Shown here: positions 17,618 to 26,348 of the stretch, in pieces
How positions within the stretch are numbered: the stretch's first letter is position 1
How the letters are laid out: each line of letters opens with the position of its first letter
Assembly: GCA_036297525.1 (NCBI GenBank)
Contig: JAXJKV010000019.1
Span: 10,715 to 74,714, forward strand
Reading direction: 5' to 3'
Length of the DNA stretch: 64,000 bases
Origin: Collinsella sp.
GTDB taxonomy: Bacteria > Actinomycetota > Coriobacteriia > Coriobacteriales > Coriobacteriaceae
Translations under genes and position numbers: made by a program
Notes under the pieces: model-generated
Told to the model about the DNA's origin: nothing
Database searches by the model: none
The model's input: the letters and a program-made list of their open reading frames with translations, nothing else

Positions 17618-17767
17618 TTGCTGAAATTCCTTAACGCGCTCGCCGCCCTTGCGACGGTCGGCACGTTCATCATTGCGTTTCTTGATTCGTATGAGGTTCG
17701 GTTTAAGGTCCGTAGGCGCACGCGCGGTGCGGACGGTTCTCGGCGTTTGCGCCGCAAGCGCAAATAA
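17618..17767 (+). CDS. Small hydrophobic/basic peptide (49 aa), putative type I toxin
   Basis: GGAGGT RBS, TTG start, MLKFLNALAALATVGTFIIAFLDSYEVRFKVRRRTRGADGSRRLRRKRK; TAGAAT -10 at 17555-17560. Confidence 0.65.
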   Translation: MLKFLNALAALATVGTFIIAFLDSYEVRFKVRRRTRGADGSRRLRRKRK

Positions 17768-17858
17768 AAACGGCCGGGGTTGCAGCCCGGCCGTTTAACA
17801 CGTTAGAAAACTAGGCCGCCCGCGCTCCTTAACACTTACGCGGGATGCGTCGTTTTCT
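17765..17858 (-). ncRNA. Putative antisense antitoxin RNA (~95 nt; ends approximate)
   Basis: Minus-strand TAGAAT at 17865-17870; hairpin AAACGGCCGGG/CCCGGCCGTTT (17768-17796) followed by a T-run on the minus strand; convergent with the peptide gene. Confidence 0.5.
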
Positions 17859-17937
17859 AGAAACATTCTACCCGTCCGGCTGCGGGTCCGTCCACATTTT
17901 CCAAATCAAATCACCAGATGTCTACTGAGACACACAA

Positions 17938-17971
17938 AGCGCCCGCTTGCTGGGGGAGCAAGCGGGCGCTT
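17938..17971 (-). terminator. Intrinsic terminator downstream of pknB
   Basis: AAGCGCCCGCTTGCT / AGCAAGCGGGCGCTT stem. Confidence 0.7.
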
Positions 17972-18023
17972 CTGAGCGAATGTGTTTGCGGTCTAAACCG
18001 CTCGGAGCAACAAGCGATCGACG

Positions 18024-19961
18024 TTAGTTGCTAGACTCGGAGTCGTCGCCGGAGCCGGAGATAGAAACCGTCAGCGTGATCGTGCTGTCGGTGGACTGCT
18101 TGCCGGTGGGGGAGACGCCCGTAACGGTGGCATCCTCGTTACCGCTCACGGGATTGCCGTTCTGGTCGCAGAAGCCGATGTTATAGAAACCGGCGTTGTT
18201 GAGTGCGGTGACGGCGGCGGAAATGCTCTTACCGTACAGGTTGCCCGGGACGGCGGCCTTGCCGGACTTCTTGGCAATGACGACGGTAATCGTGGCGCCG
18301 GGCTTCTGCTTGCCGCTGGGGTTCCAGCTGATCACGGTGCCCTCGGTAACCGAGTCGTTCTCCTGGTAGCTAACGTCGACGCCAAAGCCTGCCATATCGA
18401 GGGCGTTGCGCGCCTGGGCCTCGGTCATGTCGGTCAGATCGGGGACGGACGTGGTATCCGGGCCGCCCGAGACCTTGTACGAGATGGTCGTGCCCTTCGC
18501 GACTTCCTTACCGGCTTCGGTGCTCTGCTCAAAGACCTGGCCCTCATCAGCCTCGTTGGCCTCCTCGGAGGCGTTGCCCTTCAGGCCAACGCTTGCCAGT
18601 GCGGCTTCTGCTTGGTCCTTGGTCAGGCCGACAAGCAGGGGAACCTCAACCTTCTCTGAGGGCTTGGGACCCTTGGAGATTACCAGGTTCACCTTGGTGC
18701 CCTTGGCCTTCTTGGTGTTGCCGTTGGGCGTCTGCTCGGCGACCTTGCCCTCGTCGACATCGTCGTTGTAGCTTTGGTCGATGGTGCCGACCTCGAGGCC
18801 GGCTTCCTTGATCAGCTCGACGGCAGTCTGCTGGTCCTTGCCCAGCACATCGGGCACGGTGACCTGCTCGCCGCCAAAGAGTCCTGTGGCAAAGGCCACC
18901 ACGATGCCGATGACGGCAACGGCTGCCACCACGGCGGCGATGATCTTGTTCTTGTTGGATTTGGGCTTTTCGACCTCGTAGGAGCCGGTGGAGCCCGAAA
19001 CCGAGCTACGGGTGGTGTTCTGGCCGCTCACGCCCGAGACGGGACGAACCATGGCGCGCGTCTGGTCGGAAAGCTCGCGGGTCTTGGTGGCGCCGAGCTC
19101 GCCGGGGGCACCGATGATGCGCGTGGGCTCCGAGACGTTGACGGCGCGCCCGGACAGGTAGCTGTTGAGCACCTGACGCAGCTCGTCGGCCGTCTGGAAG
19201 CGATTCGCCGGGTCCTTTTCCATGCACTTGAGGATGATGCGCTCAAGATCGGCGTCGACACCGGAGTTGATCTGGCTCGGCGGAATAGGCAGCTCGTTGA
19301 CCTGCTTGAGTGCGACCGAGATAGCGTCGTCACCGTCAAAGGGCACGCGGCCGGTGGCGCATTCATACATCACGACGCCCAGCGAGTAGATATCCGAGGT
19401 GGGGCCGAGGTCCTGACCACGGGTCTGCTCGGGGCTGACGTAGTGGGCGGTTCCCAGCACGTTGTTGTCTTGCGTGAGGTGGCTGTTCTTGGCGCGCGCG
19501 ATGCCAAAGTCCATCACCTTGATGTTGCCGTCGGGCAGCACCATGATGTTCTGCGGCTTAATGTCGCGGTGGATGATCTCGTGCTTGTGGGCGACCGAAA
19601 GCGCGGAGCTGATCTGCGAGCCGATCTGGGCGACCTTCTTGGGGTCGAGGGCGCCGTGGCTCTTGATGCCGCTCTTAAGGTCGGTACCGCGCAGGTACTC
19701 CATGACGATGTAATAGGTGTCGCCGTCCTTGCCCCAATCGTAGACGCCCACGATATAAGGGGAGGAGAGACCGGCTGCTGCCTGGGCCTCCTGCTTAAAG
19801 CGTGCGGCGAAGGTTGCGTCGCCAGCATACTGCGGCAGCATGATCTTGACGGCTACCGTGCGGTCGAGGACCTGGTCCTGTGCACGGTAGACGGTCGCCA
19901 TGCCGCCTGTCCCCACCTTATCCTTGAGGAGGTATCTTCCCCCGAGGACCCTCTGTTCCAT
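18024..19961 (-). CDS. pknB: PASTA-domain Ser/Thr kinase PknB/Stk1
   Basis: GTGGMATVY, VAVK, HRDIKPQN, DFG, GTAHYVSPEQ, TM helix, PASTA repeats (VPDVLG, VPLLVG, VPDLTD, VPGNLYG). Confidence 0.95.
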   Translation of the reverse strand: MEQRVLGGRYLLKDKVGTGGMATVYRAQDQVLDRTVAVKIMLPQYAGDATFAARFKQEAQAAAGLSSPYIVGVYDWGKDGDTYYIVMEYLRGTDLKSGIKSHGALDPKKVAQIGSQISSALSVAHKHEIIHRDIKPQNIMVLPDGNIKVMDFGIARAKNSHLTQDNNVLGTAHYVSPEQTRGQDLGPTSDIYSLGVVMYECATGRVPFDGDDAISVALKQVNELPIPPSQINSGVDADLERIILKCMEKDPANRFQTADELRQVLNSYLSGRAVNVSEPTRIIGAPGELGATKTRELSDQTRAMVRPVSGVSGQNTTRSSVSGSTGSYEVEKPKSNKNKIIAAVVAAVAVIGIVVAFATGLFGGEQVTVPDVLGKDQQTAVELIKEAGLEVGTIDQSYNDDVDEGKVAEQTPNGNTKKAKGTKVNLVISKGPKPSEKVEVPLLVGLTKDQAEAALASVGLKGNASEEANEADEGQVFEQSTEAGKEVAKGTTISYKVSGGPDTTSVPDLTDMTEAQARNALDMAGFGVDVSYQENDSVTEGTVISWNPSGKQKPGATITVVIAKKSGKAAVPGNLYGKSISAAVTALNNAGFYNIGFCDQNGNPVSGNEDATVTGVSPTGKQSTDSTITLTVSISGSGDDSESSN

Positions 19962-20093
19962 TCCTGCTCCTAACATAACTATTCGCTCAACGATGTGTGT
20001 AGTACCTACGATGTGGCCGCTGGGGCCGTGTGGCGCGTTGCCGCTAACTCTTCGGCCGCGGCGCGCCCCGGGTGTCCGATTCGATCATGGGCA

Positions 20094-22964
20094 TCACGCT
20101 CCCTGTGCGGCAAGCGCCGCAGTCAGGACGATGCCGGCGATCTTGGCGGCCTTGACGTCATGCTTGTCGAAATCCTCCAAGGCCACCGAGATGGCGACCG
20201 TGGGTGAATCGTAAGGTGCAAAGCCAACGAACATCGAGTTGACGTTGGTGCCGCCAGTCTCGGCCGAGCCGGTCTTGCCGGCAACCTTGACGCCGGGGAT
20301 TTGGGCATCGGTGCCGGAGCCGGACTGGACGACGGCAAGCATGGCCTGCTTGACCTGGTCGGCCGTGGCGGAGCTGACGGCCTGACCCAGCGAGCGGGAC
20401 TGCGTGGTCTTGACCACGGTTCCGTCCGGGGCGAGTACCTGGGCTACAAAGTACGGGTCCATGACCACGCCGCTGTTAGCGATGGCGGCGGCAATCACGG
20501 CGTTTTGCATGACGGTGGTCTGCGGGCCGGGCGTGTGGTCCATGCCGACAGGCTGGCCGGCGCCGGCCCAGGCGGTCTCCCACTCGGTCATGAGCGACGG
20601 GTCGGCCATGATGGAGGCCGCGGAGGTCAGGTCCTGGCCGAGCTTTTGGCCGTAGCCAAAGGCGTTGGCAAACTGCACGAGCGTGTTTGCGCCAACTTCG
20701 TTTGCCACCTGGCCAAAGACGACGTTGGAGGACACGGCAAAGGCCTGCTGCAGGCTGATGGTGCCGTAGCTCTCGTTGGCATAGTTGGTGACCGGTGCGT
20801 TGCCGATGTCCATGGAGCCGGGCGCCTGGTAGGTGCTGGTAAGGCTGGCGGTACCGGTCTCGAGTGCCGCGGAAAGCGTAACGACCTTAAACGTTGAGCC
20901 CGGCGTGTACAGCGCGTCCATGGCGCGATTGTACATGGAGCCGTCCTCGCCGCCGCCCGTCTGCAGCAGGGCATCGATGTTGGTGTTGTCGTAGGTGGGC
21001 GAGCTGGCACATGCGAGCACCGCGCCGGTACGCGGGTCGATGACCACTACAGCGCCCTTAAAGCCCTTGAGCGCCTGCTCGGCAGCCGTCTGGATGCGCG
21101 AGTCGATGGTGAGCTTGGCGGTGTTGCCCGGCTGGGTCTGGCCCGCGAGCGACGCGATGGCGTTGTTCCAGCTGGAGTAATCCTTAGAGCCGGTGAGCGT
21201 GTCGTTCATGACGCTCTCGATGGCGGTGGTGCCATACTGCTGGCTCACATAGCCAACCACGTGCGCTGCCAGGTTACCGTTGGGGTAGGAGCGTACGTAG
21301 GTGCCGTCCTCCTGCTGCAGCGACTCGGCCAGCGTCACGCCGTCGGACGTGATGATGGAACCGCGCTGGATGTACTTGGAGCGGGCGATGGTGTGGTTGT
21401 TGGTCGGCATGTCCTGATAGTCCTTGGCCTTGATGACCTGGACATAGGTGAGGTTGCCGATAAGGATGGCGAACAGCGCCGTAAAGGCGAGCACCGCACG
21501 GGTTAGACGGTTGGCGAGCGCAACGCGGCCGAGCACACCGGATTCAGGCGTGTCGAGCAGGCGACGGCGCATACGCGAGCCGATGGAATGGCTGCCGCTG
21601 CCGTAGGAAGACGAGGTGGAAAAGCGCGTGCCCGTCGGGGCGGCGGCAGATGCGACCTGATCATCGGTGATGGCGGCCATGGTGCCGGTGCCGGTAAGCT
21701 CGGCCTCGCGTCCGGTCGCCTCGTCACCGGCGCGCAGCAGGAGCGCGACGATGATAAAGCTCGCCAGCAGAGAGGAGCCGCCCTGGCTCATAAAGGGCAG
21801 GGTGACGCCGGTCAGCGGGATCAGGCGGGTTACGCCGCCAACGATCAAGAAGGCCTGGAAGCTGATGGCGGCCGTAAGGCCTGTGGCACTAAAGGCGGCG
21901 AGATCGGATTTAGCGCGGGCAGCCGTGGTGAGGCCACGCACGGCAAAGAGCATAAACAGGATGAGCACGGCGCCGCCGCCCAAAAGGCCCATCTCCTCGC
22001 CGATAGCCGAGAAGATAAAGTCGGACTCGACGACAGGGATGTTGTTGGCCATGCCGTTGCCGATGCCAACACCGACCAGACCGCCATCGGCAAGCGAGAA
22101 GAGCGACTGGACGATCTGGTAGCCCTGGCCCTGGGCGTCCTTAAACGGATCGAGCCAAACCTGGAAACGCACCTGAACGTGAGACAGGAACTTGTAGGCG
22201 CCCACGGCTCCGACGGCTAAGAGCGCAAGGCCGATAACGACATACGAAAAGCGCCCCGTGGCAACGTAGAGCATCAGCAAGAAGATGGTGTAGAACAGCA
22301 CGGCCGAACCCAGGTCGCGTTCGAAGACGACGACGAGCAGGCACACACCCCACACGGCAAACAGCGGCAGCAGCAGTCGCAGGCGAGGGATCTTAAAGCC
22401 CAGAATCTTGCGGTTGGAGATGGAGAGCAGCTCGCGGTTCTCGGCCAGGTAGCCGGCCAGGAACAGGACGATAAAGACCTTGGCGAACTCGCCGGGCTGG
22501 ATGGTAAAGCCCGCGATGCGAATCCACAGCTTGGAGCCCGAGATCGTGGTGCCGATAAAGATAGGCAGCATCAGCAGAATGATGCCGATGATGCCAAAGG
22601 TGTACTTGTAGCGCATGACCACGTCGAGGTTTTTGACTAGTGCAAGCGTTCCCACCATGAGCGCCACCGAGACAAACAGGATGATGAGCTGTGAGATGGC
22701 GAGAGCGGGGGCGAGACGCGTCACGAACGTGATACCGATGCCCGAAAGCACAAAGACAATGGGCAGGATGGCGGGGTCGGCACCGGGCGCCAAGATGCGC
22801 ACGGCAATGTGGGCCGCGGCAAAGGCGGCAAAGAGGCCGATCGGTACGGCGAGTGTCTCAAAGGAGATGGCAGCGCCCGCGGTGAGGACGTACATCGCAT
22901 ACAGCAGGATGACGGGGAACGCCGAGGCGATGAGCAAGAGCAGCTCGGTGTTGCGGCGACTCAT
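20094..22964 (-). CDS. Fused RodA/FtsW (SEDS) - class B penicillin-binding protein
   Basis: SEDS motifs IQPGEFAK, ERDLGS, SDFIF, PLTGVTLPFMSQGGSS in one frame with transpeptidase motifs PGSTFK (SxxK), SSN, KTG. Confidence 0.92.
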   Translation of the reverse strand: MSRRNTELLLLIASAFPVILLYAMYVLTAGAAISFETLAVPIGLFAAFAAAHIAVRILAPGADPAILPIVFVLSGIGITFVTRLAPALAISQLIILFVSVALMVGTLALVKNLDVVMRYKYTFGIIGIILLMLPIFIGTTISGSKLWIRIAGFTIQPGEFAKVFIVLFLAGYLAENRELLSISNRKILGFKIPRLRLLLPLFAVWGVCLLVVVFERDLGSAVLFYTIFLLMLYVATGRFSYVVIGLALLAVGAVGAYKFLSHVQVRFQVWLDPFKDAQGQGYQIVQSLFSLADGGLVGVGIGNGMANNIPVVESDFIFSAIGEEMGLLGGGAVLILFMLFAVRGLTTAARAKSDLAAFSATGLTAAISFQAFLIVGGVTRLIPLTGVTLPFMSQGGSSLLASFIIVALLLRAGDEATGREAELTGTGTMAAITDDQVASAAAPTGTRFSTSSSYGSGSHSIGSRMRRRLLDTPESGVLGRVALANRLTRAVLAFTALFAILIGNLTYVQVIKAKDYQDMPTNNHTIARSKYIQRGSIITSDGVTLAESLQQEDGTYVRSYPNGNLAAHVVGYVSQQYGTTAIESVMNDTLTGSKDYSSWNNAIASLAGQTQPGNTAKLTIDSRIQTAAEQALKGFKGAVVVIDPRTGAVLACASSPTYDNTNIDALLQTGGGEDGSMYNRAMDALYTPGSTFKVVTLSAALETGTASLTSTYQAPGSMDIGNAPVTNYANESYGTISLQQAFAVSSNVVFGQVANEVGANTLVQFANAFGYGQKLGQDLTSAASIMADPSLMTEWETAWAGAGQPVGMDHTPGPQTTVMQNAVIAAAIANSGVVMDPYFVAQVLAPDGTVVKTTQSRSLGQAVSSATADQVKQAMLAVVQSGSGTDAQIPGVKVAGKTGSAETGGTNVNSMFVGFAPYDSPTVAISVALEDFDKHDVKAAKIAGIVLTAALAAQGA

Positions 22965-22980
22965 AAGCGGCACTCCCTTT

Positions 22981-24915
22981 CTAATTCTTATCGGAGGCTT
23001 CGGCCTCGGCGGACTGTTCGGCGGTTTTCTCGGAATCTGATTCGGAGGTCGATCCCTGATTGGTGTTGTCGCGAATCGTTTGCGCGTCGATCACCTGGCG
23101 GGTCTGCTCCTCGTCGATCTGGTGGCGGTACTTGGATATCGTGTCCTGCGCATCGTCGACACTTGTTTGCGGAATGCCCGCCTTGAGGCGGTTTTGCGTG
23201 TCTTCGGGCAGGTCGGACAGCTTGATGCTGGTTTCGCTTTCGAGCCAGTGGAGCTTGAGTCCGAGTGGCTTGCCGGGCAGGCCGCGCCAGACGGCGACAT
23301 TGCCCTGGTAGGTACCCAGGTAGTACGAGCCGGTGACACCCGTGTAGGCCCAGATGCCAGCTGCCAGCACAAAGACGAGGGCCAGGATGGCGGCGATAGT
23401 AACGTTGCGGCGACGCACGCGTTGCGCCTCGCGCATGACGCCATCGTCAACCAGGTCAACGACTACTACGGTCACGTTGTCGTGGCCGCCGGCGGCAAGC
23501 GCCGCGTCCACTAGGTTGTCGACGCAGATTTGCGCGGTTGAGGACTGCGTGGCGATGTTCTCGATATCGCTATCGGGAATCATGCTCGAGAGGCCGTCGG
23601 AGCACAGGATCAGGCGGTCGCCTTCCTCGATATGCAGAGTGAAGTGGTCGGCATACATGGCGGGGTCCGAGCCCAGTGCGCGGGTGATGACCGAACGGTT
23701 GGGGTGGACGCGAGCCTCGTCTGCCGTAATCTCGCCGGCGTCCACGAGTTCTTCCACATAGGAGTGGTCGCGGGTCACGCGGATGAGCGTGCCCTCGTGG
23801 AGCAGGTAGGCGCGCGAGTCGCCCACGTGGGCGATGGCGAGCGTGTCGTTTTCGATATAGGCGCAAGTGGCCGTGCAGCCCATGCCGGGCTTGCCCAGGC
23901 CGTTCAGGGCCGCCTCGATTACGGCGGCGTTGGCTGCCTCGACGGCTGCGGCCAGGCGTGCTGCGTCGGCGGACTGTGGGGCCGTCTTGGCAATAGTCTC
24001 GACGGCGATGGAAGAGGCTACCTCGCCGGCAGCGTGACCACCCATGCCGTCGCATACGCAAAAGAGCGGCGACTGCACCAGGTAGGAATCCTCATTGTGC
24101 GGGCGCACACAGCCAACGTCGGAGCGGGCGCCCCACATGAGTTGCGTGGTGGTGCCGGCATCATAGGTCGAGTCGGTCTCGATGCGCTCCTCGGTTAGGG
24201 GTTCAAAGCTCATGGTCGAGCCGGGGTCTTTGAGCTTGGCCTCAACGACGGCAACGTCGATTTCGGCTGTGTCACCGGGAGAGACGGTGTCGGTCTCGGC
24301 GTTTGATTCGGAATCGCCGGTGTCCGGGGAGTCGGGCTCCTCGGAAACGCGGGCGGTCGACTCGTCATCTTGCGGGCTGACGTCTATAGGATCGGGCGTC
24401 GCAAAGTGCGACGGCGCGGGCGTGTTTTGCGACTGGGCGGCGGGCTCGGCCACGGCATCGGACTCGCTTGCGGGCGCAGGCTGCGGGGTCTTGGGTGCAG
24501 GGCCGTCCTCGGGGGATGTCCCCGCCTCGGGCGCCGGCGTAGACGTGGGCGCAACCTCGGATGCCGGGGCTATGGGAAACGCCGGCGCGGCGGGCTCGGG
24601 TGCCGCAAACACCGCAGCGCTCTCGTTGATTGCCGCGGCGACGGGCTCTGCAAAGTGAGCCGGCGCCGGGGTTGCTTCGGGCGCTGTGGGCTGTTCCGCA
24701 GCATGTGCGCCGATGGGCGCTGCTGCGGCATCCTCTTCGTCCTCGTTATCGGCGAGATCCGAAATATCATGCGTTACATGCGAAAGAGGCAGGGAGAACA
24801 CGGTGTCCTCGGGCTCCACGGGTGTGGAGTCCGCCGGAGCGGCGTGGGCCGGTGCAGCTACGGCGGCAGCCGGTGCCTCGGTCATAGTTGCGGACTTGTT
24901 CTCCTCGTCGATCAT
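22981..24915 (-). CDS. PP2C-type Ser/Thr phosphatase (Stp1/PstP) with long acidic N-terminal extension
   Basis: SDVGCVRPHNEDS, CDGMGGH, HVGDSRAY, LCSDGL, GGHDNVT; C-terminal TM helix. Confidence 0.9.
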   Translation of the reverse strand: MIDEENKSATMTEAPAAAVAAPAHAAPADSTPVEPEDTVFSLPLSHVTHDISDLADNEDEEDAAAAPIGAHAAEQPTAPEATPAPAHFAEPVAAAINESAAVFAAPEPAAPAFPIAPASEVAPTSTPAPEAGTSPEDGPAPKTPQPAPASESDAVAEPAAQSQNTPAPSHFATPDPIDVSPQDDESTARVSEEPDSPDTGDSESNAETDTVSPGDTAEIDVAVVEAKLKDPGSTMSFEPLTEERIETDSTYDAGTTTQLMWGARSDVGCVRPHNEDSYLVQSPLFCVCDGMGGHAAGEVASSIAVETIAKTAPQSADAARLAAAVEAANAAVIEAALNGLGKPGMGCTATCAYIENDTLAIAHVGDSRAYLLHEGTLIRVTRDHSYVEELVDAGEITADEARVHPNRSVITRALGSDPAMYADHFTLHIEEGDRLILCSDGLSSMIPDSDIENIATQSSTAQICVDNLVDAALAAGGHDNVTVVVVDLVDDGVMREAQRVRRRNVTIAAILALVFVLAAGIWAYTGVTGSYYLGTYQGNVAVWRGLPGKPLGLKLHWLESETSIKLSDLPEDTQNRLKAGIPQTSVDDAQDTISKYRHQIDEEQTRQVIDAQTIRDNTNQGSTSESDSEKTAEQSAEAEASDKN

Positions 24916-25328
24916 CGACGGTTCACCTTCATGACCACGTCGCCAATCTGGACTTCGTCGCCCTCACGCAGCGTCGCGGGCTCCACGAGCTGGCGGCCGT
25001 TGACGAGCGTGCCGTTAAGCGAGTTGAGGTCCTCGATGATGAGCGCCGGGCCCTGCAGCGAAAAGCGCGCATGCGAGGCCGAGACGAACGGTTCGTTGAT
25101 GCAGATGTCCGAAGATGGCGAGCGACCGACGATGACGGGGCCGAGCATGTCTACGTGGATGCCGCGGATACCGCGCGGACCCTTGTCCACATCAATCGTC
25201 CAGATAGCCGAGTCGCGGCGCTGCCCGCGCACAAGTCCCACGCCGGTCTTCATGACGGCGAACAGGAAGATATAGAGCAGGGCGACCAGGACGATGCGGC
25301 CTGCAAAAAGGACGATATCGATGTTCAT
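24912..25328 (-). CDS. FHA domain protein (FhaB/FipA-like)
   Basis: N-terminal TM helix, GRS, SASHA, DLNSLNGT. Confidence 0.9.
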   Translation of the reverse strand: MNIDIVLFAGRIVLVALLYIFLFAVMKTGVGLVRGQRRDSAIWTIDVDKGPRGIRGIHVDMLGPVIVGRSPSSDICINEPFVSASHARFSLQGPALIIEDLNSLNGTLVNGRQLVEPATLREGDEVQIGDVVMKVNRR

Positions 25329-25334
25329 AAGCGA

Positions 25335-26348
25335 CTATCCCCTAAATTCAAAGGTACTCAGGCCAAACGTCAGCAGATCGCCGTTGCGCAGCGGGCAGCG
25401 CGTAATGCGGCGGTTGTTGACGAGCGTGCCGTTGGTGGAATTGAGGTCCTCGATCGACCAATCCGAGCCCGTAAAGGTGAGCTGGGCGTGGCGGCGCGAC
25501 ACGTTGGGGTCGCGCAGGGCAATGTCGGAAACTGAGCGCTCGCGGCCGATGGTCACCTGTGCGGAGGTGATGCTATGGCTCTCGCCGCTCACGACGTCGA
25601 CGAGCTGGGCGAGCGGGCGCTGCGGGGCGCGAGTGCTCGCCATGTTGGAGGCGATGCCGGCTGCGGCGCCTAGGCCCACGGCGGCACCGGTCGCGGCGGC
25701 TCCGCCCATGCCGGCAAGCGCGTCGCGCGAGACGGTCTGCGGCACCGGGATGGGTGCGGCGGCGGGGTCGGGGACGCTAGGCGCGAAGGGGTCTGCCACG
25801 GCAAGCGGGTCGGGAGCGGCGGCGCGAGGCGTCGGCTGCTGCTGGGGCATGGCGGCGGGGTGCTGCTGCTGCGGGGCAGCAAACTGCTGCTGGCCGGCGC
25901 GCGGGGCGCTGGCGGCACGGCTTGCCGCGGAGTTGTTCTGGCCCAGGCCGTTTTGATAGGCGCGCTCTTCCTCGTACAGGCGGCCGAGCGTGGGCGCATC
26001 GACGTTCTCGGCAAAGACCGAGAACTTGCCGGCGCGCAGCTGCGGATCGATCATAAAGCGCACGAGGGGCTCGCCGACAAAGACATAGCGGCGCTTTTCG
26101 GCCTGCGCCTTCACGAACTCGCGGACCTCGCGCGAAAGCTCGGGGTAGAACGGGGCGAGCATGGGATCGTCGTCGGCGGCGATAAGGATGGTATAGAGTG
26201 CCGGCGCCGTGTTGACGCCGTTAATCACCAGAGTCTGATCCTCCATGTCGCGAGCGGCCTGCTTGGCAAGCTTCTTAAAGGAGAACGGGGCACGGGTGGC
26301 ACCGAAGATGCCGGCCACGTGGTCCTCGAAGATGTTCAGGAAGTTCAC
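25335..26348 (-). CDS. FhaA-like protein (DUF3662 + FHA)
   Basis: N-terminal DUF3662-like domain, Pro/Gln/Ala linker, C-terminal IGR..SRRHA..STNGT. Confidence 0.88.
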   Translation of the reverse strand: MNFLNIFEDHVAGIFGATRAPFSFKKLAKQAARDMEDQTLVINGVNTAPALYTILIAADDDPMLAPFYPELSREVREFVKAQAEKRRYVFVGEPLVRFMIDPQLRAGKFSVFAENVDAPTLGRLYEEERAYQNGLGQNNSAASRAASAPRAGQQQFAAPQQQHPAAMPQQQPTPRAAAPDPLAVADPFAPSVPDPAAAPIPVPQTVSRDALAGMGGAAATGAAVGLGAAAGIASNMASTRAPQRPLAQLVDVVSGESHSITSAQVTIGRERSVSDIALRDPNVSRRHAQLTFTGSDWSIEDLNSTNGTLVNNRRITRCPLRNGDLLTFGLSTFEFRG

